A DNA stretch of 64,000 nt from Dipteris shenzhenensis. Lineage: Eukaryota. The stretch is from the NCBI GenBank assembly GCA_047967505.1, contig CM106538.1; one strand, written 5' to 3'. Each line of letters opens with the position of its first letter. The first letter of the stretch is position 1. The notes under the pieces are model-generated. The model searched no databases. It was not told the DNA's origin and worked only from the letters and a program-made list of their open reading frames with translations. This document shows positions 24,558-36,834 of this stretch, one piece after another. The translations under genes were made by a program, and so were the position numbers.

Positions 24558-27500
24558 AAAAAACACGCTGCTAGGTGTGTTATCCGATCAAGTACTTATG
24601 CGATGGGAATGCCACTTTGCATGTAAGTCAATTCCACCTAGTTGAAGGTGTGTGCAAAGTATTGTGCCCATCCAATATGCTTTGCATTGTCGATCAAGCA
24701 TAACACACTATTTCTGCCTTACTGTCATGCACAACCATATAAAAACACGGCCATAGGTGTGTTATTCAAATAAGTACTTATCAGATGGGGGCTCCACTTT
24801 GCACGCAAGTTCGTTTTAACTACATTGAGGTGCGTGCAAAGTATTGTCACCATCGGATATGATTTGCATGGTCGATCACGCATTATACACCATTTTTTCC
24901 CTAATGATATGCACATTCGCACAAAAACACGCCATTAGGTGTGTTATCTGACCAAGTACTTATCGGATGGGTGTGCCTCATTGAGAACATTTCAATACCA
25001 CCTAGGTTGAGGCGTAAAAAAAGTTTTGTGCCCATTGGATATCCTTTGCATGGTCAATCGAGCATCAAATACTATTTTTACTCTAGTGTCATGCACATCC
25101 GTCAAAAAACACGCTTCTAGGTATGTTATATGATCAAGCACTTATCGGATGGGCGTGCCACTTTGCATGTAAGTTGATTCTACCTATTTGAAGGTGTGTG
25201 CAAAGTATTGTGCCCATCGGATATGCTTTGCATTGTCGATCAAGCATAAAACACCGTTTTTGTCTTAGTGTCATGCACATTCGTCAAAAAACGCAGTCCT
25301 AGATGTGTTATTCAGACTAGTACTTATCGGATGGGGGCTCCAATTTGCACGCAAGTCTGTTTCAACTAGGTTGAGGTGTGTGCAAAATTTTGTCACCATC
25401 AGATATGATTTGCATGGTCGATCACGCATTATACACCGTTTTTTCCCTAGTGGTATGCACATCCGCAAAAAAACACGCCCTTAGGTATGTTATCTGACCA
25501 AGTACTTATCGGATGGGTATACCTCTTTGACAACATTTTAATACCACCTAGGTTGAGGTATAAGAAAAGTATTATGCCCATCGGATATGCTTTGCATGGT
25601 CGATCGAGCATTAAATACCATTTTTGCCTTAGTGCCATGCACATTCGTAAAAAAACACGCTGCTAGGTGTGTTATCCGATCAAGAACTTATGCGATGGGA
25701 ATGCCACTTTGCTTGTGAGTCAATTACACCTAGTTGAAGATGTGTGCAAATTATTGTGCCCATCCGATATGATTTGCATGGTTGATCGAGCATTAAATAC
25801 CATTTTTGCCTTAGTGCCATGCACATCCGTAAAAAAACACGCTGCTAGGTGTGTTATCTCATCAAGCACTTATGCCATGGGTGTGCCACTTTGCATGTAA
25901 GTCAATTACACCTAGTTGAAGGTGTGTGCAAAGTATTGTGTTCATCGGATATGCTTTGTATTGTTGATCGAGCATAACACACCGTTTTTGCCTTAGTGTC
26001 ATGCACAACCATATAAAAATACGGCCATAGGTGTGATATTCAAATAAGTACTTATCAGATGGGGGATCCACTTTGCACGCAAGTTCGTTTCAACTACGTT
26101 GAGGTGCATGCAACGTATTGTCACCATCGAATATGATTTGCATGGTCGATCACGCATTATACACCATTTTTTTCCTAATGATATGCACATCCGCAAAAAA
26201 ACACGCCATTAGGTGTGTTATTTGACCAAGTACTTATCGGATGGGTGTGCCTCATTGAGAACATTTCAATACCACCTAGGTTGAGGCGTACAAAAAGTTT
26301 TGTGCCCATCGGATATCATTTGCATGGTCGATCGAGCATTAAATACTTTTTTTACTCTAGTGTCATGCACATCCGTCAAAAAACACGGTGCTAGGTATGT
26401 TATCTGATCAAGCACTTATGGGATGGGCGTGCCACTTTGCATGTAAGTCTATTCCACAAGTTTGAAGGTGTGTGCAAAGTATCGTGCCCATCGGATATGC
26501 TTTGCATGGTCGATCGAGCATTAAATACCATTTTTGCCTTAGTGCCATGCACATCCGTAAAAAAACACGCTGCTAGGTGTGTTATCTGATCAAGCACTTA
26601 TGCGATGGGCGTGCCACTTTGCATGTAAGTCAATTACACCTAGTTGAAGGTGTGTGCAAAGTATTGTGTTCATCGGATATGCTTTGCATTGTCGATCAAG
26701 CATAACACACCGTTTTTGCCTTAGTGTCATGCACAACCATATAAAAACACGGCCATAGGTGTGTTATTCAAATAAGTACTTATCAGATGGGGGCTCCACT
26801 TTGTACGCAAGTCCTTTTTAACTACATTGAGGTGCGTGCAAAGTATTGTCACCATCGGATATGATTTGCATGGTCGATCACGCATTATACACCATTTTTT
26901 TCCTAATGATATGCACATCTGCAAAAATACACGCCATTAGGTGTGTTATCTGACCAAGTACTTATCGAATGGGTGTGCCTCATTGAGAACATTTCAATAC
27001 CACCTAGGTTAAGGCGTAAGAAACGTTTTGTGTCCATCGGATATGCTTTGCTTGGTCGATCGAGCATTAAATACTATTTTTGCTCTAGTGTCATGCACAT
27101 CCGTCAAAAAACACGTTGCTAGGTATGTAATCCAATCAAGCACTTATGGGATGCGCGTGCCGCTTTGCATATAAGTCTATTCCACCTAGTTGAAGGTGTG
27201 TGCAAAGTATCGTGCCCATCGGATATGCTTTGCATGGTGGATCGAGCATTAAATACCATTTTTGCCTTAGTGCCATGCACATCCGTAAAAAAACACGCTA
27301 CTAGGTGTGTTATCTGACCAATTACTTATCGGATGGGTGTGCCTCATTGCGAACATTTCAATACCACCTAGGTTGAGGCGTACAAAAAGTTTTGTGCCCA
27401 TCGGATATGCTTTGCATGGTCGATCGAGCATTAAATACTATTTCTGCTCTAGTGTCATGCACATCCGTCAAAAAACACGCTTCTAGGTATGTTATCCGAT

Positions 27501-30500
27501 CAAGAACTTATGGGATGGGCGTGCCACTTTGCATGTAAGTTGATTCCACCTAGTTGAAGGTGTGTGCAAAGTATTGTGCCCATCGGATATGCTTTGCATT
27601 GTCGATCAAGCATAAAACACCGTTTTTATCTTAGTGTCATGCACATTCGTAAAAAAACGCAGTCCTAGATGTGTTATTCAAACTAGTACTTATCGGATAA
27701 GGGCTCCAATTTGCATGCAAGTCCGTTTCAACTAGGTTGAGGTGTGTGCAAAGTATTGTCACCATCGGATATGATTTGCATGGTTGATCACGCATTATAC
27801 ACCGTTTTTTTCCTAGTGGTATGCACATCCGCAAAAAAACACGCCCTTAGGTATGTTATCTGACCAAGTACTTATCGTATGGGTGTGCCTCTTTGACAAC
27901 ATTTTAATACCACCTAGGTTGAGGTATGAGAAAAGTATTATGCCCATCGGATATGCTTTGCATGGTCGATCGAGCAGTAAATACCATTTTTGCCTTAGTG
28001 CCATGCACATCCGTAAAAAAACACGCTCCTAGGTGTGTTATCCGATCAAGCACTTATGCGATGGGAATGCCACTTTGCATGTAAGTCAATTCCACCTAGT
28101 TGAAAGTGTGTGCAAAGTATTGTGCCCATCAGATTTCCTTTGCATGGTCAATCGAGTATTAAATACTATTTCTACTCTAGTGTCATGCACTTCCATCAAA
28201 AAACACGCTGCTAGGTATGTTTTCCAATCAAGCACTTATGGGATGGGTGTGCCACTTTGCATGTAAGTCTATTCCACAAGTTTGAAGGTGTGTGCAAAGT
28301 ATCGTGCCCATCGGATATGCTTTGCATGGTCGATCGAGCATTAAATACCATTTTTGCCTTAGTGCCATGCACATCCGTAAAAAAACACGCTGCTAGGTGT
28401 GTTATCTGATCAAGCACTTATGCGATGGGCGTGCCACTTTGCATGTAAGTAAATTACACCTAGTTGAAGGTGTGTGCAAAGTATTGTGTTCATCGGATAT
28501 GCTTTGCATTGTCGATCAAGCATAACACACCGTTTTTGCCTTAGTGTCATGCACAACCATATAAAAACACGGCCATAGGTGTGTTATTCAAATAAGTACT
28601 TATCAGATGGGGGCTCCACTTTGCACGCAAGTCCGTTTTAACTACATTGAGGTGCGTGCAAAGTATTGTCACCATCGGATATGATTTGCATGGTCGATCA
28701 CGCATTATACATCATTTTTTTCCTAATGACATGCACATTCGCAAAAAAACACGCCATTAGGTGTGTTATCTGACCAAGTACTTATCGGATGGGTGTGCCT
28801 CATTGAGAACATTTCAATACCACCTAGGTTGAGGCGTACGAAAAGTTTTGTGCCCATCGGATATCCTTTGCATGGTCTATCGAGCATTAAATTCTATTTT
28901 TACTCTAGTGTCATGCACATCCGTCAAAAAACACGTTTCTAGGTATGTTATAGGATCAAGCACTTATGGGATGGGCATGCCACTTTGCATGTAAGTCGAT
29001 TCTACCTAGTTGAAGGTGTGTGCAAAGTATTGTGGCCATCGGATATGATTTGCATTGTCGATCAAGCATAAAACACCGTTTTTATCTTAGTGTCATGCAC
29101 ATTCGTAAAAAAACGCAGTCCTAGATGTGTTATTCAAACTAGTACTTATCGGATGGGGGCTCTAGTTTGCACGCAAGTCCGTTTCAACTAGTTTGAGGTG
29201 TGTGCAAAGTATTCTCACCTTCGGATATGATTTGCATGGTTGATCAAGCATAACACACCGTTTTTGCCTTAGTGTCATGCACAATCATATAAAAACACGG
29301 CCATAGGTGTGTTATTCAAATAAGTACTTATCAGATAGGGGCTCCACTTTGCACGCAAGTCCGTTTTAAGTACATTGAGGTGTGTGCAAAGTATTATCAC
29401 CATCGGATATGATTTGCATGGTCGATCACGCATTATACACCATTTTTTCCCTAGTGGTATGCACATCTGCAAAAAAACATGCCCTTGGGTATGTTATCTG
29501 ACCAAGTACTTATCGGATGGATGTGCCTCTTTGACAACATTTTAATAACATCTAGGTTGAGGTATAGGAAAAGTATTATGCCCATCGGATATGCTTTGCA
29601 TGGTCGATCGAGCATTAAATACCATTTTTGCCTTAGTGCCATGCACATCCGTAAAAAAACACGCTGCTAGGTGTGTTATCCGATCAAGCACTTATGCGAT
29701 GGGAATGCCACTTTGCATGTAAGTCAATTCCACCTAGTTGAAGGTGTGTGCAAAGTATCGTGCCCATCAGATATGCTTTGCATGGTCGATCGAGCATTAA
29801 ATTCCATTTTTGCCTTAGTGCCATGCACATTCGTAAAAAAACACACTGCTAGGTGTGTTATCTGATCAAGCACTTATGCGATGGGCGTGCCACTTTGCAT
29901 GTAAGTCAATTACACCTAGTTGAAGGTGTGTGCAAAGTATCGTGCCCATTGGATATGCTTTGCATTGTCGATCAAGCATAACACACCGTTTTTGCCTTAG
30001 TGTCATGCACAACCATATAAAAACACGGCCATAGGTGTGTTATTCAAATAAATATTTATCATATGGGGGCTCCACTTTGCACGCAAGTCCGTTTTAACTA
30101 CGTTGAGGTGCGTGCAAAGTATTGCCACCATCGGATATGATTTGCATGGTCGATCACGCATTATACATCATTTTTTTCCTAATGACATGCACATTCACAA
30201 AAAAACATGCCATTAGGTGTGTTATCTGACCAAGTACTTATCGGATGGGTGCGCCTCATTGAGAACATTTCAATACCACCTAGGTTGAGGCGTACGAAAA
30301 GTTTTGTGCCCATCGGATATCCTTTGCATGGTCTATCGAGCATTAAATACTATTTTTACTCTAGTGTCATGCACATCCGTCAAAAAACACGTTTCTAGGT
30401 ATGTTATAGGATCAAGCACTTATGGGATGGGCATGCCACTTTGCATGTAAGTCGATTCTACCTAGTTGAAGGTGTGTGCAAAGTATTGTGCCCATCGGAT

Positions 30501-30862
30501 ATGCTTTGCATTGTCGATCAAGCATAAAACACCATTATTGCCTTAGTGTCATGCATAATCGTCAAAAAACACGATCGTAGGTGTATTTTTCAAACAAGTA
30601 CTTATCGGATGGGGATGCCACTTTGCACACAAGTCAATACTGCCTAGGTTGAGGAACGTGTAAAGTCTTGTGTCCATTGGATATGCTTTGCATAGTCTGT
30701 CTCACATGATACACCATTTTGTTCCTAGTGTTATGCACAATCGTCATAAAATACATAGGAGGTGTGTTATCCGAACAAGTACTTATGAGATGGGTGCACC
30801 ACTTTGTATGCAAGTCAATAAGACCTAGGTTGAGGAGTGTACAAAGTTTTGTGCCCATTGGA
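24546..30862. repeat. Tandem array of 182-bp monomers (34 full + 1 partial) with higher-order structure
   Basis: The (AT)GCAC anchor recurs at 24546, 24729, 24911, 25093 ... 30735; 30735-24729 = 33 x 182. Several recurring monomer classes. Confidence 0.97.
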
Positions 30863-31569
30863 GAAATGTAGATGCGATAATATTAGAAAATTCTCGGTAT
30901 ATGTATATGTGTGTGTGTGTGTGGCAAACAATTTTGGCACAAAGTAAACACCTAGTGCACAAATTATGCACTTCATACCTTGAGTAAATAAGCTTGTTGA
31001 TGAGGATAAATATACCCTTGAATAAAAGCACAGTTGTTGTATGACCACAATAGGATCGCTTTGACACCTGTGATTTTGCCATATGTAAGTTTACAAATAG
31101 TATAAAAAATCATGTAATAATATATTAATAGTTTGCAAATGTGTATAGCAAGTGAGTAATGGGAAGTGGAAGTGGGAATGAGGAGGGAGGAGTGGAATAG
31201 GATAGGGAAGTAATAAGGGTGTATGATAATAAGTATAAAAAATAGTATAATAATATATTAATAGTTTTTAAATGGCAAGTGAGTAATGGGAAGTGGAAGT
31301 GAGAGTGGGGAGGGAAGAATGGAATGGGAGAGGGGAAGGTAATAGGGGAGTAGGCTAATAAGGGAGTGAAATGAGTGAGGAAGTTAATAGGGGATGAAAA
31401 AGAGGAGGGTGAGATGGGGAAATATGGGATTTTGGAAAATGGGAGGAGTATGGGACGTGGTGGAAATGTGGGATGGGAGTGGTGGCAATGGGGAGGAAGA
31501 AGAAATGGATGGATGGGAGGAGGGCTAATGGATGAGGGATGGGGGTTCAATAGGAGAGGGGGAGTAATG

Positions 31570-31800
31570 GGAGCCAATGGGAGAGGAGATAAATGAAAAG
31601 CCAATAGGAGAGAGGGGAGGAATGGAAAGCCAATAGGAGAGGAGGAGGAAAACCTAATTTTTCTTATATATAGTCTTCCTTCATTCATTCTTTCTCCCCT
31701 CATTTCATTCAAGCAAGAAAGCAAGGACGATCAAGAGAGCAAGGAAGGAAGAGCAAGAAAGCAAGAAAGAGCAAACTTACAAACTGTTTCCAGGTACTTG
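31570..31800 (+). promoter_or_regulatory. Putative Pol II promoter and non-coding first exon
   Basis: Three GCCAAT motifs (about 31574-31634), TATATATA at 31665-31672, pyrimidine-rich start region, splice donor CAG/GTAC at 31794. Confidence 0.5.
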
Positions 31801-31859
31801 CAAACTTTTTTTTCTAGTTTCTTTTTTAAAATTTGAAGAGAGAGAAATTAGAGAGAGAA

Positions 31860-33960
31860 AGGTTCAGGGGAGGGGAGGGAGGGGAGGGAGGAGGAAGGGA
31901 GGGGAGGAAGAGGGTGGGACGGGATGCAGGAGGAAGGGAGGGGAAGAAGGGGCGAAGAGGGAGGTGGGTGTGAGGGAAGGGGGTGGGAGGGGAGGCTGGC
32001 GCGGCGGGTGGGAGGGAAGCTGGTGGGTGCAGAGGGGAGCTGAGAGGAGGAGGGGGGAGCGGCTGAGAGGGGGAAGGGGGGGCGCGGCTGAGAGGAGGGG
32101 GGAGCGGCTGAGAGGGGAGGCGGTGCGGGGCGCGGCTGAGAGGGGGAGCGAGGGGGGCGCGGCTGAGGGGGGGAGGGGGGGGAGGGTGAAGAGGGGGGGC
32201 TGGCGGCCGCGGCCGCCAGCCCGGGAGGGTGGGGGAGCGGCTGAAGGGGGGGAGGAGGGAGGGGGGGCGCGGCTGAGAGGGGGAGGAGGGGGGCGCGGCT
32301 GAGGGGGGGAGAGGGGGGGAGGGTGAAGAGGGGGGGCTGGCGGTGAGGGGGGGAAGGGGGGGTGGGGGAGGGGTTGCGAAAGGGGGGGGGGGGGGGAAGG
32401 GGGGGGGCTGGGTGAGAGGAGGGGGGGGGGGGGCTGGCGGCCGCGGCCACCAGCCAGGGAGGGTGGGTTGCGAAAGGGGGGGGGAGAGCGAAGAGAGGGG
32501 GGCTGGGTGAGAGGAGGGGGGGGGGGGGGCTGGCGGACGCGGCCGCCAGCCAGGGAGGGTGGTGAAGGGGGGGATGGGTGGGTCGCGAAGGGGGGGGGGA
32601 GGGTGAAGACCCCCCCTGGGTGAGAGGGGGGGGGGCTGGCGGCCGCGGCCGCCAGCTAGGGAGGGTCAAGGGGGGGATGGGTGGGTTGCGAAGGGGGGGC
32701 GGGAGTGTGAAGGGGGGGGGGGCTGGGTGAGAGGAGGGGGGGGGGGGGCTGGCGGCCGTGGCCGCCAGCCTAGGGAGAGAGGAAGGAGAGGGGGGGGGGC
32801 TGGGTGAGAGGGGGGGGGCTGGCGGCCGCGGCCGCCAGCTAGGGAGCGTGAAGGGGGGGGATGGGTGGGTTGCGAAGGGGGGGGGGAGGGTGAAGAGGGG
32901 GGGGGCTGGGTGAGAGGAGGGGGGGGGGGCTGGCGGCCGCGGCCGCCAGCCCAGGGAGAGAGGAGAGGGGGGGGGCTGGGTGAGAGGAGGGGGGGGGGGC
33001 TGGCGGCCGCGGCCGCCAGCCCAGGGAGAGAGGAGAGGGGGGGGGCTGGGTGAGAGGAGGGGGGAGGGAGGAGAGGGGGGGGGGGCTGGCGGCCGCGGCC
33101 GCCAGCCAGGGAGGGTGAAGGGGGGGGGGGGATGGGCGGGTTGCGAAGGGGGGGCGGGAGGGTGAAGAGGGGGGGTGGGTGAGAGGAGGGGGGGGGGCTG
33201 GCGGCCGTGGCCGCCAGCCCAGGGAGAGAGGAGAGGGGGTTGCGAAGGGGCTGGGTGAGAGGAGAGGGGGGGGGGCTGGCGGCCGCGGCCGCCAGCTAGG
33301 GAGGGTGAAGGGGAGGATGGGTTGCGAAGGGGGAGGAAGGTGAAGAGGGGGGGTTGGGTCGTGAGAGGAGGGGGGGGGGGCTAGCGGCCGCGGCCGCCAG
33401 CCCAGGGAGGGTGAAGGGGAGGGGATGGGTGAGAGGAGGGGGGGGGCTGGCGGCCGCGACCGCCAGCCCAGGGAGAGAGGGAGGGTGAACGGGGGGGGAT
33501 GGGTGGATTGCGAAGGGGGGGAGGTTGAAGAGGGGGGGGCTGGGTGAGAGGAGGGGGGGGGGCTGGCGGCCGCGGCCGCCAGCCCCATGGAGGGCGGAGG
33601 GGGAGCTGGGTGAGAGGAGGGGGGTGTCGCCAAGGAGGGAGGGAGGGGGGGCCAAAGGAAGAGTGGGGAGAGGGTGTAAGGGTTGGGGGGGTCGCCAAGG
33701 GGGGTGGGGAAAAGGAGGAAGGTTAAAAGGGGGTAGGGGAAAAAGGGGTAGGGGAGGAAGAGGTTAGGCGACGGGAGAGGGGAAGGGTAGCAGGAGGGGA
33801 GGGGAGGGGGGAGGGAGAGGGGGATTTTGGGGAAGGAGGGGGGCGGAGGGAAGGGAGGAGTTTTGGCGGCGGAGGGAGGGGAGGGAAGGAGGTTGGAGGA
33901 GAGGATTGGGTCGAGGGATGGATGGAGGGAAGGAGAGGAGAGAGAGGAGAGAGAAAGAAG
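31860..33960. repeat. G-rich, CpG-rich repeat block with 14 copies of the 22-bp palindrome GCTGGCGGCCGCGGCCGCCAGC
   Basis: Copies between 32199 and 33583: 8 perfect, 6 with one substitution, plus one half-site. Spacers are G-runs with GGGTGAGAGGA and GGTTGCGAAGG motifs; GCGGCTGAGAGG repeats at 32000-32300. Confidence 0.95.
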
Positions 33961-34679
33961 GAGAGAGAGAGATGGGAGAGGAGGATTTGACTTACTATCA
34001 CGAGCAAGAACGAAAAATAAGATTTGACTTACGAGAAGAATGAAAAGGACTTACGAGAATGAAAAGGACTTACATGAAAAGGACTTACGAGAATGAAAAG
34101 GACTTACGAGAATCGAGAAGAATGTTGAAGAAAGTATCAAGAAGAATGTTGAACATAAATTTGAATTCAAAAGGAACGTATAAGAAGAAAGTATAAGAAG
34201 AATGTTGAACACAAATTTGAAATTCAAATTTATAATGAATTCAAATTTCCCTCTCTTTTTTGAAAATTCAAATTTATGTGTAGGAGTGGACTAGTTTTAA
34301 CTCTCTCCTCGTTTCATTGAAGCAACCAAGAGCGGAAGAGAAAGGATAAGCCGAGCCTTACTTTTTTCACTTTTTCCAGGTACTTGCATTCTTTTTTATT
34401 CGTCTTGTAATTCTATTTCTTTACTTACAATTCTTTTCAATTAGTTTCTTGTTAAGGTTTTTGAGTTCTATTTCTTAAAAATTCGTATTGTAATTCTTTT
34501 TCTTTACTATATTCCTTTTTCAATTAGTTTATTCTTAAAGTTTTTGAGGAGGGTGGTCTTTTAGAAGGCATTACAATTCTTTTTAAATTAGTTTCTTATT
34601 TGAGTTTTTGAGTTCTATTTTAATTAGTTTTTTATTTATATTTGAGTTTGTAAATTTGAGAAATGGGAGAATAGGGAGG

Positions 34680-35102
34680 GAGGGAAAGAGAGAAATTAAG
34701 AGAGAGAAGAGGGGCTCCTTAAGAGAGGGAGAGAGAGAGAGAGATTCACACAGAGAAGAGGGGCTCCTTAAATGAGAGAGAAGAGTAGGGAGGGAAAGAA
34801 AGAGAGAGGAGAGAGGCGGAGAGAGATTAAGAGAGAGAAGCTAGTAAAGAGAGAGGAGAGAGGGGGAGAGAGATTAAGAGAGAGAACCGGGTCTCTTGGG
34901 GGCCGTGGCTACTTGAGGGAGGGAGAGAGTAGGGAGAGAGAGGGAGAGAGAAAGAGAGAGAGGGAGAGAGAGAAAGAGAGAGAGGGAGAGAGAGAGAAAG
35001 TATATGGGAATGAAACGTGGCGAGAGGAGAGAGGAAAAGAGAGAGAGAGAGAGAAGAGAAGAGGGAGACTTAGGGAGAGAGAGGGAGAGAGAGAGAGAGA
35101 GG

Positions 35103-35140
<38 letters not shown>

Positions 35141-35750
35141 GAATGAAACTTCTGTGCTAGAGGGAGGGAGAGGGAGAGAGAGAATAAGTGGGATGAGGAT
35201 AGAGAGAAAAATACTTAAGAGTTGTCAAAGAGAGAGAGAGAGAGATTAAGAGAGAGAATGAGGTGTCTTGACTATGGCTACAAGGAGATTTAGGAGGAGA
35301 GAGAGAGAGAGAGAGAGAAAGTAAAGAGAGTTTTATATATTTACATCTTTTATATTATATTTTTAAATGAGAGAGAAGAGTAGGGAGGGAAAGAAAGAGA
35401 GAGGAGAGAGAGGGAGAGAGATTAAGAGAGAGAAGCCGGTTTCTTGGGGACCTTGGCTTCTCTTGGGGACCGTGGCTCCTTGAGGGAGGGAGAGAGTAGG
35501 GAGAGAGAGGGAGAGAGAGAGAAAGAGAGAGAGGGAGAGAGAAAGAGAGAGAGGGAGAGAGAGGGAGAGAGAGAGAGGAATGAAAAATACTTAAGAGTTA
35601 TAGAGAGAGAGAGAGAGATTAAGAGAGAGAATGAGGTGTCTTGACTATGGCTGCAAAGAGATTTAGGAGTAGAGAGAGAGAGAGAGAGAGAGAGAGAAAG
35701 TAAAGAGAGTTTTATATATTTACATATTTTATATTATACTTTTAAAAAAT
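34680..35750. repeat. GA-rich tract with an about 600-bp imperfect duplication and (GA)n microsatellites
   Basis: TTAAATGAGAGAGAAGAGTAGGGAGGGAAAGAAAG at about 34768 and 35364; GAGAATGAGGTGTCTTGACTATGGC occurs twice. Confidence 0.85.
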
Positions 35751-36174
35751 TATAAAAGAGTGAATTTATGGTTTGTTTTGAAGGTGAGATAATGTTTTTA
35801 TATATATTCATCTTTTAAATTGAAAAATGTTAACTTTTCTTAAGATACTTGTTCTTTATTTATATCACATGCAGGTTTAGCCTCTACATCACAACCCCTT
35901 CTTTTGCATATTTAAGCCTCTTAAACCCCAGCACATTAAAATGAACACAGAAAAAGAAATTATTTATTGCTTTTCTTCGCTTCGACGGTTGGTTTAGCAT
36001 AGTTTAGCATAGATTAGATTGCCTTTGAGGAGAGACAATTCTCCAAGTTGCCAATCGAAGCCATGCTCAAATTTTTCTAACTAGTTCCTAATCGTTGTCA
36101 GTCCCTTCGCTCACATGCGGTTTAACACTCATAACATGCTATTAAATAAGACCTTTTACCATTTACCAAGAAGT

Positions 36175-36775
36175 TTATCAGTGGGCAGATTGCATGAGCA
36201 GATATCAGTGGACAGATTGCATGAGCAGATATCAGTGGACAGATTGCATATATCAGTGGACAGATTACATGTCATGGGACATATTGGAGCTTGATGATTA
36301 TTGGTTATTTTTATTGCATTTGTATAAATATTTAAGCTCATTTATTGTCATAAAAATCCTTGTAAAGCCTTTTATGCTATTTTTTACATTTATTGTCATA
36401 TGAAGCGCCTTGTAATAAACCCGACCATCCCGACCATTCACTAATTAACGAGTATCAGTGGGATGCATAAGTGGATATCATGTGGGCTGCATAAGTGGAT
36501 ATCAGTGGAACAGTTTTTAGTGGATAGATTGCACCAGTTGGGTATCAGTGCTCAGATATCAATGGATGGATAGATTACATGAATCTTCACGAAGATTGAA
36601 GCTTTATCACTAGACGACATTTTATATTACTTGTAAAGCTTTATTGGCTAATTCTTTTACATTTGTACAAATATTTAAGCCTTGTAAAGCCTTTTAGGCT
36701 ATTTCCCACATTTATTGCCATATGAAGCCTTGTAAAGCCTTTTGGGCTATTTTCCACATTTATTGTATCAAGGGT
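36175..36775. repeat. Short tandem repeats upstream of the large ORF (27-bp ATATCAGTGGACAGATTGCATGAGCAG; about 49-bp CTTGTAAAGCCTTT... units)
   Basis: Direct repeats at 36175-36270, 36450-36580, 36355-36415 and 36680-36770. Confidence 0.75.
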
Positions 36776-36834
36776 TGTATATTGTAATTTACTTGTATGT
36801 ATCTAAATTCTTCATTATCTTTTCTTGTAGGATT

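Noticed and set aside
24546-30862. CRISPR-like or guide-RNA array; also the many 65-aa ORFs in it
   Set aside because: Variable segments recur as monomer classes rather than unique spacers, the context is eukaryotic, and no cas-like gene is present. The 182-bp period is not a multiple of 3, so the ORFs are repeat artefacts.
24546-30862. Functional centromere
   Set aside because: Only 6.3 kb and embedded among TE genes; monomer length alone is not evidence.
31848-35644. Pro-rich extensin-like and Gly/Arg/Glu-rich ORFs
   Set aside because: By-products of G-run and GA repeats; frames shift with homopolymer length.
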